From an uncultured bacterium (GTDB taxonomy: Bacteria; CSSED10-310; CALFER01), in assembly GCA_937951895.1 (NCBI GenBank), contig CALFER010000034.1:137674-201673 (forward strand): DNA of 64,000 bases, given 5' to 3'. A program made the translations under genes and the position numbers. A model generated the notes under the pieces. That model saw only the letters and a program-made list of their open reading frames with translations, did not search any database and was not told where the DNA came from. Below are positions 19,001-29,186 of this stretch, one piece after another; position 1 is the first letter of the stretch; each line of letters opens with the position of its first letter.

Positions 19001-19295
19001 CGTGAATCCGGTAGTTCGGCTCCGCGAACAGAGCCGGGTTCGCTTGCATCAGTTTCCCGGCCGACGCACGCGGATCGGCCAGATCCGACAAACGTACACG
19101 CCACCAGACGGATCCAGCGTGCGACAGCAGGACTTCCGCAGTCTGAATCGGTCCGACCGCGCCGGCCATCGCCGTCTCGATCGCCAGCCTCTCCGGCAAC
19201 CGGACGATCAGTTCGTTCTCGACCCAGTCGTCGTTTCCCGCATGCGCGCAGACCGACGCCAGAAGGAGAATCCCCCAGAAAGATGTTGTTTTCAT
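16023..19295 (-). CDS. Subtilisin-like (S8) serine protease, about 1090 aa, with beta-helix-like C-terminal region and C-terminal TM/basic tail
   Basis: GGAGGA RBS 4 nt upstream of the ATG at 19295 (MKTTSFWGILLLASVCAHA signal peptide). Catalytic triad motifs DSGIDIDHPDL, HGTQVAGVIAA and GTSMACPHASGAAALL. Cys-rich parallel beta-helix-like repeats (CTFMSSEMGLKMSGANSTCVDRCLFNRC). The protein ends in AVPAVSIAGMAVLLLGVSYGMRFRSTRSKG. Confidence 0.85.
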   Translation of the reverse strand: MKTTSFWGILLLASVCAHAGNDDWVENELIVRLPERLAIETAMAGAVGPIQTAEVLLSHAGSVWWRVRLSDLADPRASAGKLMQANPALFAEPNYRIHGALIPDDTYYLQGLQYSLGHGSAAFFPSGVHDIGAETAWNVSTGHASVSVAILDSGIDIDHPDLWSQLWSNPLEVFNGLDDDSNGFVDDLYGWDFVNSDADPSDDNGHGTQVAGVIAARGNDAVGVAGIAWNCPVMSIKILDDHLTGSIASAVAGIAYAVQQGASVINCSFTASNHDPALWAAIDAASTAGINVVGAAGNDAQNEVKYPAAYAEVLSVGALTCSGTIADFSNHGLEIDLFAPGVSVFQSTWMENGLRNPYAGSSGTSMACPHASAGAALLRSYHLGDPTWTAGFIAAHLIHTASVFTDPEGNSRKSIDLGAALTAVPQPDLIASVPEVTPFFDMDSDGRFDPGDIYDFTFSIRNEWADAESVIVTLLSTHPDLIVTNNPQLAGHIGFGQNVPVSFRIDADDDAVYGETYLLTVVIQPASGAMQSSELRVTLGPRELSGGVYGILGPGAVVPARHYQVISPIVVAPATALMVEPGVRIMFQTGTGLSVFGELSAVGAPGDLVIFEGAEDAIWDGIRFMPGSVSAVYSSMPPDGIFLGGSILEWCRFENGNPAVSCASEGSASTASPYISRCTFMSSEMGLKMSGANSTCVDRCLFNRCLNNLRFEDLASSTGGSPTILRCTTIGDASGGTQNISAYELAMPYTAAPVIQQSNIFGANPLGGFDYYAYVPANPPVWSFPAMQNYWGPYTTAQLPFGATDLIYDSYDIPTLVTVDTSGYLMDYTTEAPACLESVTLTPSGIVPMGPLHVDLVFSKEMNQAMPLSVTFGPVPDYDIGVFAGIWIHGTLWSGDIMIDESLAGTGGTQTIRISGMNDQDGVALPDDMNSQFTLSGSIEGVHGMAIMGKINSIDVSWDEEEEKRDRAAYSGHVVVWGTQSGVYTHEKRVPAPAVMTTLTVPDDIANGVTYFIGIRYYESDIESPPPYSYLGPVYAECVGETLAQSVAVPAVSIAGMAVLLLGVSYGMRFRSTRSKGPARPEQPIRLDAP

Positions 19296-19414
19296 TCCAA
19301 TCCTCCTAAAATGCGTCTCCGGTACGATACCGGAGCAACTATCAAATAACGTCATCGGCTGCTTTTAGTTAATTGTGCGTGGCGGTGAATGTCAAATCGC
19401 GCAGTGAGTTCTCA

Positions 19415-19443
19415 TTGACTAAACCGGGTGTCCCGGTTAACGT
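19415..19443 (+). promoter_or_regulatory. Candidate sigma70-type promoter (TTGACT-N17-TAACGT) whose spacer is a perfect palindrome (AACCGGG-tgt-CCCGGTT)
   Basis: TTGACT at 19415-19420, TAACGT at 19438-19443. Inverted repeat 19422-19438 fills the spacer. A GAGGGG RBS and the ATG at 19464 follow. Confidence 0.35.
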
Positions 19444-20624
19444 ACACCGAGGGGTTGTCAGTCATGCGAATTGCGTTCGACATCCGCAAATATGATGATT
19501 TCGGCATCGGAACCTACATTCGGAATGTCATGCGCGGAATACCATCATATCCCGATCGATTCACCTGGACCGTGTTGAACGGACCGGGAACTCCCCCAGA
19601 TGGTTTCGACTCACCATCCGATCGTCTCGAATTCGATGTGTTGCGGGCACACCGTCGGACTCCTTTCCAGGGTCGCCTCACGCTTCGCCGTCCAGTCGAT
19701 CTGTTTTTCGCCCCTCACTATGTGACCCCGGATCCCGGACCGACCCGATTCCTCCTCACCGTTCATGACCTGATTCATCTCGACCCTCCTGTGCTGCCCG
19801 GAGGGATCCCCGCCGTTGGAACCCGGTTCGACCGACTGAGCGAGACACTGAAGCGCTGCTATCACCGATTGCTCGCACGAACCAAACTGGTCTCGCTGAT
19901 CGACACCGCAGAACGGGTCATCACAGTTTCGCAATCCACCGCCGATCATCTCGAACTGCTTCTCCCCGGAACCGCATCGAAGGTCACCGTGATTCCGAAC
20001 TGTGTGGACGCGGTGTTTTTCACGCAGCCATCACCGGACGCGCATGCGGGTTTTCGAGAACGGCATGGCGCGATCGACCGGCCCTATTTCGTGTACTGCG
20101 GCAACGATCTGTATCACAAGAATCTCGGATACTTGCTCGCCGTCTGGAAACACATCGTATCGACACACACCTCTCCCCCACTGCTCATTCTGGCAGGGTC
20201 TCCACGGCCTCACGCAATCCTTTCGCTGGCGGATCAACTCGGGATCGCGCCTCACGTCCGCATGGCCAGTTGGATGACGATGTCGGACATTCACCTCTTC
20301 ATGACTGGATCGGAAGGGCTGATCATGCCGTCGCTGGCCGAGGGGTTCGGATTGCCGGTCGCCGAAGCAATGGCGTGCGGCACACCGGTTGCCTGTTCGG
20401 ACATTCGCCCGCATCGGGAAATCACCGGGGGCCATGCGCTGTTTTTCAACCCGCAGGATCTCGAATCCGGAAAAATCGCACTGACACGGTTTATCGATGA
20501 CGAGACCTGCCGGAGGTCGACCGTCGAGTCGGCGCGTGCCACGGCGCAATCCTACCATCCTTCCCTGTTTATCCAAAGGATGACGGATCTTCTGAACGCT
20601 CTGGATGAGGAGCGCTCTGCGTGA
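19428..20624 (+). CDS. Glycosyltransferase family 4 (GT-B fold)
   Basis: Starts MRIAFDIRKY... if the Met at 19464 is used. C-terminal EGFGLPVAEAMACGTPV motif of the GT4 family (E-x7-E). Start codon ambiguous between 19428 and 19464. Confidence 0.75.
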   Translation: MSRLTYTEGLSVMRIAFDIRKYDDFGIGTYIRNVMRGIPSYPDRFTWTVLNGPGTPPDGFDSPSDRLEFDVLRAHRRTPFQGRLTLRRPVDLFFAPHYVTPDPGPTRFLLTVHDLIHLDPPVLPGGIPAVGTRFDRLSETLKRCYHRLLARTKLVSLIDTAERVITVSQSTADHLELLLPGTASKVTVIPNCVDAVFFTQPSPDAHAGFRERHGAIDRPYFVYCGNDLYHKNLGYLLAVWKHIVSTHTSPPLLILAGSPRPHAILSLADQLGIAPHVRMASWMTMSDIHLFMTGSEGLIMPSLAEGFGLPVAEAMACGTPVACSDIRPHREITGGHALFFNPQDLESGKIALTRFIDDETCRRSTVESARATAQSYHPSLFIQRMTDLLNALDEERSA

Positions 20625-21754
20625 AAACCGCGCTCGTTCACGACTGGCTGACGGGGATGCGGGGGGGTGAGCGGGCACTGGAGGTATTCTGCCGGCTGTT
20701 CCCGGATGCCCCGATCTACACGCTGTTCCACTTCCGGGGCCGTGTATCCCGGACCATCGAGTCGCATCCGATTCACACCAGTTGGATGCAGAGCCTGCCG
20801 GGGATCCGCACCCACTACAGAAAGTATCTCGTGTTCTACCCCATGGCGATCGAATCGTTCGATCTGTCGGAATACGATCTCATCATTTCCACCAGTCATG
20901 CGGTGGCCAAAGGCGCGATGGCCGCTCCCGGTGCAGTGTCGATCTGCTATTGTCATACACCGATGCGGTACATCTGGGACCAGTTCGAGGTATATTTCGG
21001 GCCGGACCAGTGTGGACTCGCGACCCGGATCGCCGCGCATCTCGTCAGGGATTATCTCCGTGAATGGGACCGCCGGACGGCATCGCGTGTCCATCATTTC
21101 ATCAGCAACTCCGCCTTCGTCGCGAGGCGGATCGCGGATGTATACAATCGGGAAGCGCAGGTCATTCATCCCCCGGTGGATACAACCTTTTACACGCCTT
21201 CCGATGAACCACCGGAGGATTACTACCTGATCGTGAGCGCGCTGGCTCCCTACAAGAGACTCGATCTGGCAATCCGTGCATTCTCGATCAGCGGCAGGCA
21301 TCTGGTGGTGATCGGCTTCGGCCCCGAACAGGAAAAACTCTTCAGAGGATCGGCGCCGAATATTGACTTCAGAGGCAGTTTATCGGACAGTGAAGTGCGG
21401 GATTGTTACAGACGCTGCAAGGCGTTGATATTCCCCGGAATCGAAGATTTCGGTCTGACACCCATCGAGGTTCAGGCGTGTGGGCGGCCTGTCATCGCGT
21501 ATGCCGCCGGAGGCGTGCTCGAGACCGTGACAGAAGGAGTCACCGGCCACTTTTTCGACCGGCAGACACCCGAATCGCTGAATCGGGCAGTGGAGGAATT
21601 CGAGTCGATGCAATTTGATTCGAACGAACTGCGCAGGCGTGCCATGCAGTTTTCAACAACGACCATGACCCGGCGATTGATCGAATGTTTAACCGGAATC
21701 ATTCCGGCCTGGTCACCGCCTGCTGACGACTGCCCGGAGTCTCCGGGATGCTGA
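20621..21754 (+). CDS. Glycosyltransferase family 4
   Basis: GTGA overlap with the upstream GT4. N-terminal MKTALVHDWLTGMRGGE. C-terminal IEDFGLTPIEVQACGRPVIAYAAGG GT4 signature. Confidence 0.75.
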   Translation: MKTALVHDWLTGMRGGERALEVFCRLFPDAPIYTLFHFRGRVSRTIESHPIHTSWMQSLPGIRTHYRKYLVFYPMAIESFDLSEYDLIISTSHAVAKGAMAAPGAVSICYCHTPMRYIWDQFEVYFGPDQCGLATRIAAHLVRDYLREWDRRTASRVHHFISNSAFVARRIADVYNREAQVIHPPVDTTFYTPSDEPPEDYYLIVSALAPYKRLDLAIRAFSISGRHLVVIGFGPEQEKLFRGSAPNIDFRGSLSDSEVRDCYRRCKALIFPGIEDFGLTPIEVQACGRPVIAYAAGGVLETVTEGVTGHFFDRQTPESLNRAVEEFESMQFDSNELRRRAMQFSTTTMTRRLIECLTGIIPAWSPPADDCPESPGC

Positions 21755-23208
21755 GACAGAATCACCGTCTGATCGCCGTCACGCAGGGGATCCTCGATAT
21801 CCTTTTCTCCTACATTGCCCTGATCGCCGCCTACTATATCCGGTTCTACTCCGATACCTTCACGCAGCTCATTCCGGTCGAGTTCGGCATTCCTCCGCGT
21901 TCCGACTTCATCAATCTCAAGTTCCTGATCGCGATCACCATCATCTGGCCGATCATTTTCCGCCTCAACCGGATGTACAAGACCAAACGGGGCGTCCCCA
22001 TCATCGATCTCGTACTGTCCGTCATCTCGTCCGTCACCCTGAGCGTCACGATCTTTCTCGTGTTCACGTTCTTCTTCATTCGGCCGGTTCGCGAAGGAGT
22101 GGTCGTTTCCTATTCCCGAGCGCTGTTTCTGACATTCTGGCTCTGCGACATCTTCCTGATCCTGTTCTATCGGCTCGCGGTCCGCGCCATCTCCCGATAT
22201 CTCAGGAAGAAAGGCTTCAATCAGAGACATGTGTTGATTGTCGGAGCGGGGCATCTGAGTCAGATCTTCCTGCAGAAAATCAAGGAACATCCGGAAATCG
22301 GTCTGCGACCTGTCGGGTTCGTCGACGACGACCCGGAGAAGCAATGGACCACGGTCGACGGCATCGCCGTGCTCGGAACGATCGACGATGCGCCCGAACT
22401 GATCCGCAACTACGGGATCGAACAGGTCTACATCACACTTCCGCTGTCCGCGCACCGACGGATCTATCATCTTCTGGGGCAGATTCAGAACGAATGTGTC
22501 GATATCAAACTGATCCCGGATATTCTGCAGTACATAACCCTCCGGGCCGGATTCCAGAATATGGATGGTCTTCCAGTCATCAACCTGACCGAAACACCGC
22601 TCTCGGGATACAATCTGGTCGTCAAACGTTTCGTGGACATCACGATTTCGGGCCTTGCCCTGATCCTGATCTCACCGCTGATGGGCCTCATCGCCCTCCT
22701 CATCCGCCTCACGTCTTCCGGCCCGGTTCTGTATAAACAACGCCGGATGGGAATCGATCTGAAACCGTTCGATATCTACAAATTCCGGTCGATGCGTGAG
22801 AACGACCATGGTCGGAACGGAACCGGATGGACTGTCGACAACGATCCCCGTATCACCGGTCTCGGTCGGTTTCTCCGCCGCTGGAATCTCGATGAACTCC
22901 CCCAGCTTCTCAATGTTCTGAAGGGGGAAATGAGTCTTGTCGGGCCCCGCCCCGAACAGCCGGCCTTTGTCGAGGAGTTCCGTGAACGCTATCCGAGGTA
23001 CATGCTGCGACACAAGGTCAAATCCGGCATGACGGGCTGGGCGCAGGTCAACGGGTACCGGGGCGACACCTCGATCAAGAAAAGACTCGAATACGACATG
23101 TTCTACATCGAGAACTGGTCGTTGAGTTTCGATTTTAAAATTATCGGGATGACGGCACTGCAGACCTACCGGAACTTCATCCGCCCGGAATCACACATGC
23201 TGCCCTGA
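21748..23208 (+). CDS. Exopolysaccharide/O-antigen initiating polyprenyl-phosphate sugar phosphotransferase (WbaP/bacterial sugar transferase family)
   Basis: 486 aa. 4-5 N-terminal TM helices, a Rossmann-like middle region ([10 protein letters not shown]) and a C-terminal catalytic domain with the diagnostic [15 protein letters not shown] motif. Overlaps the upstream GT4 by 7 nt. Confidence 0.85.
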   Translation: MLRQNHRLIAVTQGILDILFSYIALIAAYYIRFYSDTFTQLIPVEFGIPPRSDFINLKFLIAITIIWPIIFRLNRMYKTKRGVPIIDLVLSVISSVTLSVTIFLVFTFFFIRPVREGVVVSYSRALFLTFWLCDIFLILFYRLAVRAISRYLRKKGFNQRHVLIVGAGHLSQIFLQKIKEHPEIGLRPVGFVDDDPEKQWTTVDGIAVLGTIDDAPELIRNYGIEQVYITLPLSAHRRIYHLLGQIQNECVDIKLIPDILQYITLRAGFQNMDGLPVINLTETPLSGYNLVVKRFVDITISGLALILISPLMGLIALLIRLTSSGPVLYKQRRMGIDLKPFDIYKFRSMRENDHGRNGTGWTVDNDPRITGLGRFLRRWNLDELPQLLNVLKGEMSLVGPRPEQPAFVEEFRERYPRYMLRHKVKSGMTGWAQVNGYRGDTSIKKRLEYDMFYIENWSLSFDFKIIGMTALQTYRNFIRPESHMLP

Positions 23209-24612
23209 ATCGAAAAGCCCCGGCAGAAGCTCCATCCGGGGTCTGAGCGTGATCGGGTAATCCAGGTTGAAGCACCCCAGACAGTACCGGTCGTTTTCAT
23301 GCAGTCCTGCGGCTGACAGCATGCCAGGGATCGACAGATACCCCAGCGAGTCCGCTTCGATATACTCGCAGATCTGCGACACTGTCTTGTGCGTCGCAAT
23401 CAGTTCGTCAGCCGTTGGCGTATCGATTCCGTAGCGGCACGGCCCGATCGTTGGCGGAGACGAAATCCGGAAATGAACCTCGCGCGCCCCGGCCGCCCGC
23501 ACCATCCGGACCAGCTTCCGACTGGTTGTGCCCCGCACGATCGAATCGTCGACCAGCACGACACGCTTGCCTTTCATCAGTTCCGGCACGGGATTGAGTT
23601 TGATCTTGACACCGAAATCACGGATCGACTGGCGCGGTTCGATGAACGTGCGCCCGATGTAATGATTCCGGATCAGTCCCATCTCGAACGGAATCCCGCT
23701 CTCTTCGGAAAACCCCAGCGCTGCGCCGATTCCGGAATCGGGCACCGGAATGATGGTGTCCGCCTCGACCGGCTGCTCGACGGCAAGCTGGCGACCGAGT
23801 TTTTTCCGGACGATATAGACCGATTGACCGAACACGATCGAGTCCGGGCGTGCGAAATAGATCAGTTCGAAGATGCAGGCCGCTGGCTTCTGAGGCGGCT
23901 GCGGATACATCGATGTCATTCCGTACGGGGATATGACAAGCATCTCACCGGGCTCGATCTCGCGCACGAATCGTGCTCCAACGAGATCCAGCGCGCAGGT
24001 CTCACTCACCAGGACAGGCGCTCCTTTGAGATCTCCGAGAACAAGCGGTCTGAATCCATGAGGATCCCGGACTCCGATGAGTCGATCCTTCGTCATGACC
24101 AGAATCGAATAAGCGCCTTTGATCTGACGGAGTGCCGATGCGAGGGCGTCTTCGAGAATGGCATCAGGGGCACGGGCGACCAGATGCAGTATCACTTCAG
24201 AATCATTTGTGGTCTGGAAGATCGACCCGTCGCGTTCGAGCTCCTGTCGGAGTTCCATGGCATTGACGAGATTTCCGTTATGGGCGAGAGCCATGGCGCC
24301 GCGCCAGCAGGAGATCGCCACGGGTTGCGCATTCTTGATGAATGAACCGCCCTGGGTGGAATACCGGACATGGCCGATGGCCGACGTGCCTTTGAGTTCG
24401 TCCATCGTGGCGCGTGATGAAAAGATGTCCGCGACATGTCCCATCGATCGATGCGCGAACAGATTCACGCCATCGGTCGAGACGATCCCGGCGCTCTCCT
24501 GACCGCGATGCTGCAGCGCATACAATCCCAGATAGGCGATGTTGGAGGCTTCCGGATGCCCCGCAATCCCCACTACTCCGCACTCGTCATGGTATCCCTG
24601 ATCGAAAATCAT
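23191..24612 (-). CDS. purF: Amidophosphoribosyltransferase
   Basis: Start at 24612 (MIFDQGYHDECGVVGIAGH..., Ntn glutaminase Cys). PRTase domain with a C-terminal 4Fe-4S cysteine set (CRYGIDTP..., CLGCF). ATGA-coupled to purB. Confidence 0.9.
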   Translation of the reverse strand: MIFDQGYHDECGVVGIAGHPEASNIAYLGLYALQHRGQESAGIVSTDGVNLFAHRSMGHVADIFSSRATMDELKGTSAIGHVRYSTQGGSFIKNAQPVAISCWRGAMALAHNGNLVNAMELRQELERDGSIFQTTNDSEVILHLVARAPDAILEDALASALRQIKGAYSILVMTKDRLIGVRDPHGFRPLVLGDLKGAPVLVSETCALDLVGARFVREIEPGEMLVISPYGMTSMYPQPPQKPAACIFELIYFARPDSIVFGQSVYIVRKKLGRQLAVEQPVEADTIIPVPDSGIGAALGFSEESGIPFEMGLIRNHYIGRTFIEPRQSIRDFGVKIKLNPVPELMKGKRVVLVDDSIVRGTTSRKLVRMVRAAGAREVHFRISSPPTIGPCRYGIDTPTADELIATHKTVSQICEYIEADSLGYLSIPGMLSAAGLHENDRYCLGCFNLDYPITLRPRMELLPGLFDSGQHV

Positions 24613-25925
24613 GGTTTCTCCTGCACCGGCGCACGAATGCCAACGCGATCGAGAAGGTATTCGACATGTTTCATGTATGGAGCCGGATCGAACCATCCCC
24701 GCACTTCAGATTCGGAAAACCGGCCCGCGATATCGACATCCGCAAGCAGATTTTCGGCGAATGAGGACGTCTCCTTCCAGGTTCTCAAGGCGTTCCGCTG
24801 AACGATCTCGTAAGCCTGGTCTCGGCTGATCCCCTTCTGCGTCAGCGCCAGCAGAACGCGCTGTGAAAATACCAGTCCCTGCAGCAGATCGAGATTCGTT
24901 CGCATGCGTTCGGGATGCACAACGAGTCCGGTGAGGACCCGGAGCAACCGATTGAGCAGGAAATCGAGGCCGATGGTCGCATCCGGCAGAATGATCCGCT
25001 CGACGGAAGAGTGCGAGATGTCCCGTTCATGCCACAAAGCGACGTTCTCGAGAGCAGGAACCACATAGGATTTCACGAGCCGCGCCAGACCGCAGATGTT
25101 TTCACACAGGATCGGATTCTTCTTGTGCGGCATCGCAGACGACCCGCGCTGCCCCTTCCCGAACGGCTCCTCCACCTCGAGAATCTCGGTCTTCTGCAAA
25201 TGCCGGATCTCGGTCGCAATCTTCTCGGCAACCGATGCAACCAAGGCGAGCGCCGACAGAAAGGCCGCATGCCGATCGCGCTGAACAATCTGCGTCGCAA
25301 TCGGTTCGGGATTCAACTCGAGACGGTCGCAGACCCTGAGTTCGATTTCCGGCGGAAGATGCGCGAAATTGCCCACCGCACCGGACAGTTTCCCCACACG
25401 CACCTCGTCGATCGCTCCCTCGATCCGCCGGATGCAACGCCGGATATCGGAATGCCAGACGCCGATCTTCAGGCCGAACGTCGTCGGTTCGGCATGAACA
25501 CCATGCGTCCGCGCGACAATCGGGGTATTCCGGTGCCGCCATGCCAGGTCGGCCGTCACCTTCAGGAGATCGACGAGATCGCGGGTGATCAGGCGGCCGG
25601 CATCGACAAGCTGGGTGGCCAGGGCGGTGTCCAGGATATCGGATGAGGTCAGCCCCTCATGAAAATAACAGGCATCCTCGCCGATCGATTCGCCGACGAC
25701 GGACACGAACGCGATCACATCATGCCGCGTCCGTTCCTCGACTTCCTCGATCTTCGAAATATCGAACTGCGCGTTTTCCCGGATCCGCCTTGCGGCATCC
25801 AACGGCATCAACCCGGCCTCGGCGCGTGCCTCACACGCCAGAATCTCGATCTCAAGCCACCTCCCGTACCGACTCTCATCGCTCCAGATCGAAGCCATCT
25901 CCTGCCGGGAATATCTCGGTATCAT
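24609..25925 (-). CDS. purB: Adenylosuccinate lyase
   Basis: 438 aa. [31 protein letters not shown]-terminus. Fumarate-lyase signature GSSAMPHKKNP. Confidence 0.9.
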   Translation of the reverse strand: MIPRYSRQEMASIWSDESRYGRWLEIEILACEARAEAGLMPLDAARRIRENAQFDISKIEEVEERTRHDVIAFVSVVGESIGEDACYFHEGLTSSDILDTALATQLVDAGRLITRDLVDLLKVTADLAWRHRNTPIVARTHGVHAEPTTFGLKIGVWHSDIRRCIRRIEGAIDEVRVGKLSGAVGNFAHLPPEIELRVCDRLELNPEPIATQIVQRDRHAAFLSALALVASVAEKIATEIRHLQKTEILEVEEPFGKGQRGSSAMPHKKNPILCENICGLARLVKSYVVPALENVALWHERDISHSSVERIILPDATIGLDFLLNRLLRVLTGLVVHPERMRTNLDLLQGLVFSQRVLLALTQKGISRDQAYEIVQRNALRTWKETSSFAENLLADVDIAGRFSESEVRGWFDPAPYMKHVEYLLDRVGIRAPVQEKP

Positions 25926-26719
25926 GCCAACCTCCTGTCATATCCGATCTCAAGCGTCTCCATCGCCTCATCCTGCCCCGCCACGCTGATCCGGGTGCCG
26001 AACAACGGCCCCTCCGATCCGACCGCCTGAGAGGCGATCACATGCGCGAGATCCGGGAGGTTGTTTTCCTTCGAGAGGTGCGCAAGCACGAGGTGTTTCA
26101 GGTCGGGACCGCGTATTTCCTGAAGGAACGCCCCGGCATCGTCGTTGGACAGATGCCCTCTATCGGAACGGATCCGTTGCTTGAGTTCCCACGGATACGG
26201 ACCCGCCATCAGCATATTGACGTCGTGATTCATTTCCAACACCAGTCCGTGACATCCCGTCAGCATATCGCGAACTGTCCGGGTGATGCAGCCCAGATCG
26301 GTGCAGATGCCGATCTTGACATCGTTTGAGCGCGCGATGTATCCGACGGGATCGGCCGCATCGTGAGGCACCGGAAACGCCTCAACCGACAGATCCCCGA
26401 CCTCGACGCGGTCTCCGGGGGTGAGAACCTGCACCGCCGGGAGGGTGCCCAGTATCGCCCGCCCCCGACGCAGCGTCTGCTCGGTCGCAACGACCGGACA
26501 TCGATATCGACGGGCCAGCACCCCGGCGCCACGGATGTGATCCGAATGCTCATGGGTCAGAAAAATCATGTCAAATCCGTCGGAATCGACCCCCGCGGAT
26601 TCACATCGACGCGCAAACTCCCGGTGACTGAAGCCGCAATCGATCACAATGCGACGGTTCATCCCGGTCAGAATGATCGAGTTACCCTCACTGCCCGAAC
26701 CGATGACTGTCAGCTTCAA
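25922..26719 (-). CDS. MBL-fold metallo-hydrolase (YycJ / RNase Z-like small family)
   Basis: 265 aa. HxHxDH motif ([10 protein letters not shown]) plus downstream His/Asp ligands. ATGA-coupled to purB. Confidence 0.75.
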   Translation of the reverse strand: MKLTVIGSGSEGNSIILTGMNRRIVIDCGFSHREFARRCESAGVDSDGFDMIFLTHEHSDHIRGAGVLARRYRCPVVATEQTLRRGRAILGTLPAVQVLTPGDRVEVGDLSVEAFPVPHDAADPVGYIARSNDVKIGICTDLGCITRTVRDMLTGCHGLVLEMNHDVNMLMAGPYPWELKQRIRSDRGHLSNDDAGAFLQEIRGPDLKHLVLAHLSKENNLPDLAHVIASQAVGSEGPLFGTRISVAGQDEAMETLEIGYDRRLA

Positions 26720-27246
26720 TCCGGTTTTCTCCTCATGTGCTCCGTCGTCTCGATCTCCGCAGTCCGCTCGTCGTCGAACCCCAGTCCTGTGGAGCCGAAT
26801 CCCCCCTCTCCCCGGTCGGTGGGTCGGAGAAACGCCACTTCTTCAAAATCGAGATGCGCGATGGGGCAGATCACGAGTTGAGCGATCCGGTCACCCCTTT
26901 GAATCTGAAACGGCTCCTCACCATGATTGATCAGGATCACACCGACAATCCCGCGGTAATCCGAATCGATGGTGCCGGGCGTGTTGAGGAGCGTGACGCC
27001 GTACTTCAGGGCCAGCCCGCTGCGAGGTCGAATCTGAGCCTCGAATCCATCGGGGATGGCGATGCGGATTCCGGCGGAAACCAGTCTCCAGGTATGGGGG
27101 AGCAGCGTAAACTGAGACGGAACCGCGGCATACAGATCGACGCCGGCCGATCCGGGTGTCGCATAGGCTGGAACCGGGAGATCGCGGAACTCCGGTTCCT
27201 TGATGATTCTGACCAGTGCTCTGTCTGTGTCGCCTGCCGTCGCCAT
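26716..27246 (-). CDS. dut: dUTP diphosphatase
   Basis: 176 aa. Motifs [37 protein letters not shown] and C-terminal GGFGSTG. Confidence 0.85.
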   Translation of the reverse strand: MATAGDTDRALVRIIKEPEFRDLPVPAYATPGSAGVDLYAAVPSQFTLLPHTWRLVSAGIRIAIPDGFEAQIRPRSGLALKYGVTLLNTPGTIDSDYRGIVGVILINHGEEPFQIQRGDRIAQLVICPIAHLDFEEVAFLRPTDRGEGGFGSTGLGFDDERTAEIETTEHMRRKPD

Positions 27247-27269
27247 CCCCTCTCCTCCCCGTCCGGCAA

Positions 27270-29003
27270 TCAGTCAATCCGGCACTTCATGTAACGATTC
27301 CGCGTCCCCCGGAACTCCTGACAATCGGTCTTGCCGGGATGCGCCGCCAGCACCTCCACGAACTGATCGTGCGCCAGTGCAAGGGTCGGGATCCCATGAT
27401 CCGGCGGGATGGTCTCCGAAACACTCAGACGCTCGATGTCATAGAGAAACGAATAGTCGTTCCGGGTATCCAGGAAATTACGGTTGCTGATCAGCAGAAC
27501 CTGATCCTCCGGATGTTCCTTCTGAATCGCTGCGATCTCCAGTCCCAGTTCGACATTGGTATCGTGGAATGATGCGAGCACCTGGGGGTGCCGGATCGCG
27601 ATCATGAAAAAATTGTATCCGTTCAAGCCGACCGCGACAAACACGATCAGGGCGGTTCTCCAGATCAGCAGGCCGCGGCGGCGCTTCACCAATTCGAACA
27701 TATCATCCAGAGCGACCCCTATCATCAGAAAGAAAAACGGGATGAGGGGAATCAGGCGGTATCGCGAGGGATTCGTGACGAGAACGCCTCCGAGAACAAC
27801 CGTCAGAAGAATTGAGCCGACCAGCATCATCCGGGTCGGTCTGCGACGGCACGTCACGAGACAGTAGCCGAAGGCTACCGCGCCGGCCACCCCGGTAAAG
27901 AACTCGATCAGACCCATCGAATCGGGAAGCACATCGTTCTGAGCCGGACTCTCGGTGAATACAAACCGCCAGGTCCGATCGACATTGGAGATCTGGTTCC
28001 AGATCAGTTCCGAAATCGATTCGGTCCGCGCCTGAGATTCCATGGTCTGTGAATGCCGCCATAATCCTTCGTACAGGAGCGAAAACGGACGGTCGCGATC
28101 AAACGCGATCAACGGCATGCTCACCGCCAGACAGAAACAGACAATCAAAACGAACGGGGCTGCTTTTTTAAACAGCTGAGACCATTCAAATGGAAGCGGT
28201 TTTTCCTCGCAGTACGGTTCCGTGCGGTTCTGCATGAGGCTGACGATGATGAAGATCGCGAGATACACGGCAATCGGTTTGTAGCTGAAGTATTCAAGAA
28301 GAAGAAGGCCCGAGGTCAACCCTGCGATGGCAATGGAGGTGGTATCACGACGGGAAACCGCATACATGGCGCCGGCGATGGCGAGAGTGAGCGTGGTCAT
28401 GGGCGACATGGTTTCGAGCGCGATGCGCGATGAGCCGGCCAGGAACGCCGAACAGGCAAACAGAATCGATGCGATCCCGGCGGCATAGAACGAGCGCAAC
28501 AGCAACCGACTCGCGAGAAAGAAAAACAGCACGCTGAAAAGACTGCTGATCACAAATGGGATTCGAATGCCGGTCATCGAATTGCCGAACCAGAGTAAAC
28601 CGGCCTGGGCCGTGAGATCCGCCAGAGGAAAATAGGGATAGATCGAATGCGTCTGGAGCGAATTCGAGGCCACTCCGCCCGATTGAGCCTCCTCCAGATG
28701 CTGCCCGTTCTGAGGTGGGAATGTCCCGAATTGCCAGGTCCGGAAAAAGATGCCCAGGGTGAGAATCAGGAGGAAAACGATGAACTGCGTCTTGTTCTCG
28801 ATCAACCGCCGCGGCCAGAACGGTCCCGAACGGGTCACACAGAGAATCAGGCAGGCAGTGAAGAGTATGCCGATATTGAGAAAGAACACGGTGCGGAACG
28901 GCAGTTTCTGGAGATAGAAACCGAGATACACCATGGTCAGCAGAAGCCATATCGAGAGTCCGAACAGGATGTTGAAGGTTTTTGAAACCCGTGCGAATCG
29001 CAT
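27270..29003 (-). CDS. Large polytopic membrane protein with periplasmic C-terminal domain, GT-C/ArnT-PMT-like architecture (family uncertain)
   Basis: 577 aa. About 11 TM helices in the N-terminal 400 aa, first-loop acidic motif [10 protein letters not shown], a soluble 170-aa C-terminus. Sits 24 nt upstream of dut on the same strand. Confidence 0.45.
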   Translation of the reverse strand: MRFARVSKTFNILFGLSIWLLLTMVYLGFYLQKLPFRTVFFLNIGILFTACLILCVTRSGPFWPRRLIENKTQFIVFLLILTLGIFFRTWQFGTFPPQNGQHLEEAQSGGVASNSLQTHSIYPYFPLADLTAQAGLLWFGNSMTGIRIPFVISSLFSVLFFFLASRLLLRSFYAAGIASILFACSAFLAGSSRIALETMSPMTTLTLAIAGAMYAVSRRDTTSIAIAGLTSGLLLLEYFSYKPIAVYLAIFIIVSLMQNRTEPYCEEKPLPFEWSQLFKKAAPFVLIVCFCLAVSMPLIAFDRDRPFSLLYEGLWRHSQTMESQARTESISELIWNQISNVDRTWRFVFTESPAQNDVLPDSMGLIEFFTGVAGAVAFGYCLVTCRRRPTRMMLVGSILLTVVLGGVLVTNPSRYRLIPLIPFFFLMIGVALDDMFELVKRRRGLLIWRTALIVFVAVGLNGYNFFMIAIRHPQVLASFHDTNVELGLEIAAIQKEHPEDQVLLISNRNFLDTRNDYSFLYDIERLSVSETIPPDHGIPTLALAHDQFVEVLAAHPGKTDCQEFRGTRNRYMKCRID

Positions 29004-29109
29004 TGTTTCTCCAGTGAGCGTGCACTTCCGGTTGCACCGGGATTAATATAAGAAACGATGGAGAGGTGTCAATGGCCCGGACACCCGATCGACGGCTTGT
29101 TTTCCGATC

Positions 29110-29138
29110 TTGACACGAATGAAAATGCAAGGTATCGT
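29110..29138 (+). promoter_or_regulatory. Sigma70-like promoter for rpsU (TTGACA-N17-TATCGT)
   Basis: Consensus -35 TTGACA at 29110-29115, 17-nt spacer, -10-like TATCGT at 29133-29138, about 50 nt upstream of the rpsU start. Confidence 0.4.
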
Positions 29139-29186
29139 TCTCTCCCTGCGGACGCTCCGACGTCCGGATTATGCAATGGAAGCGAG

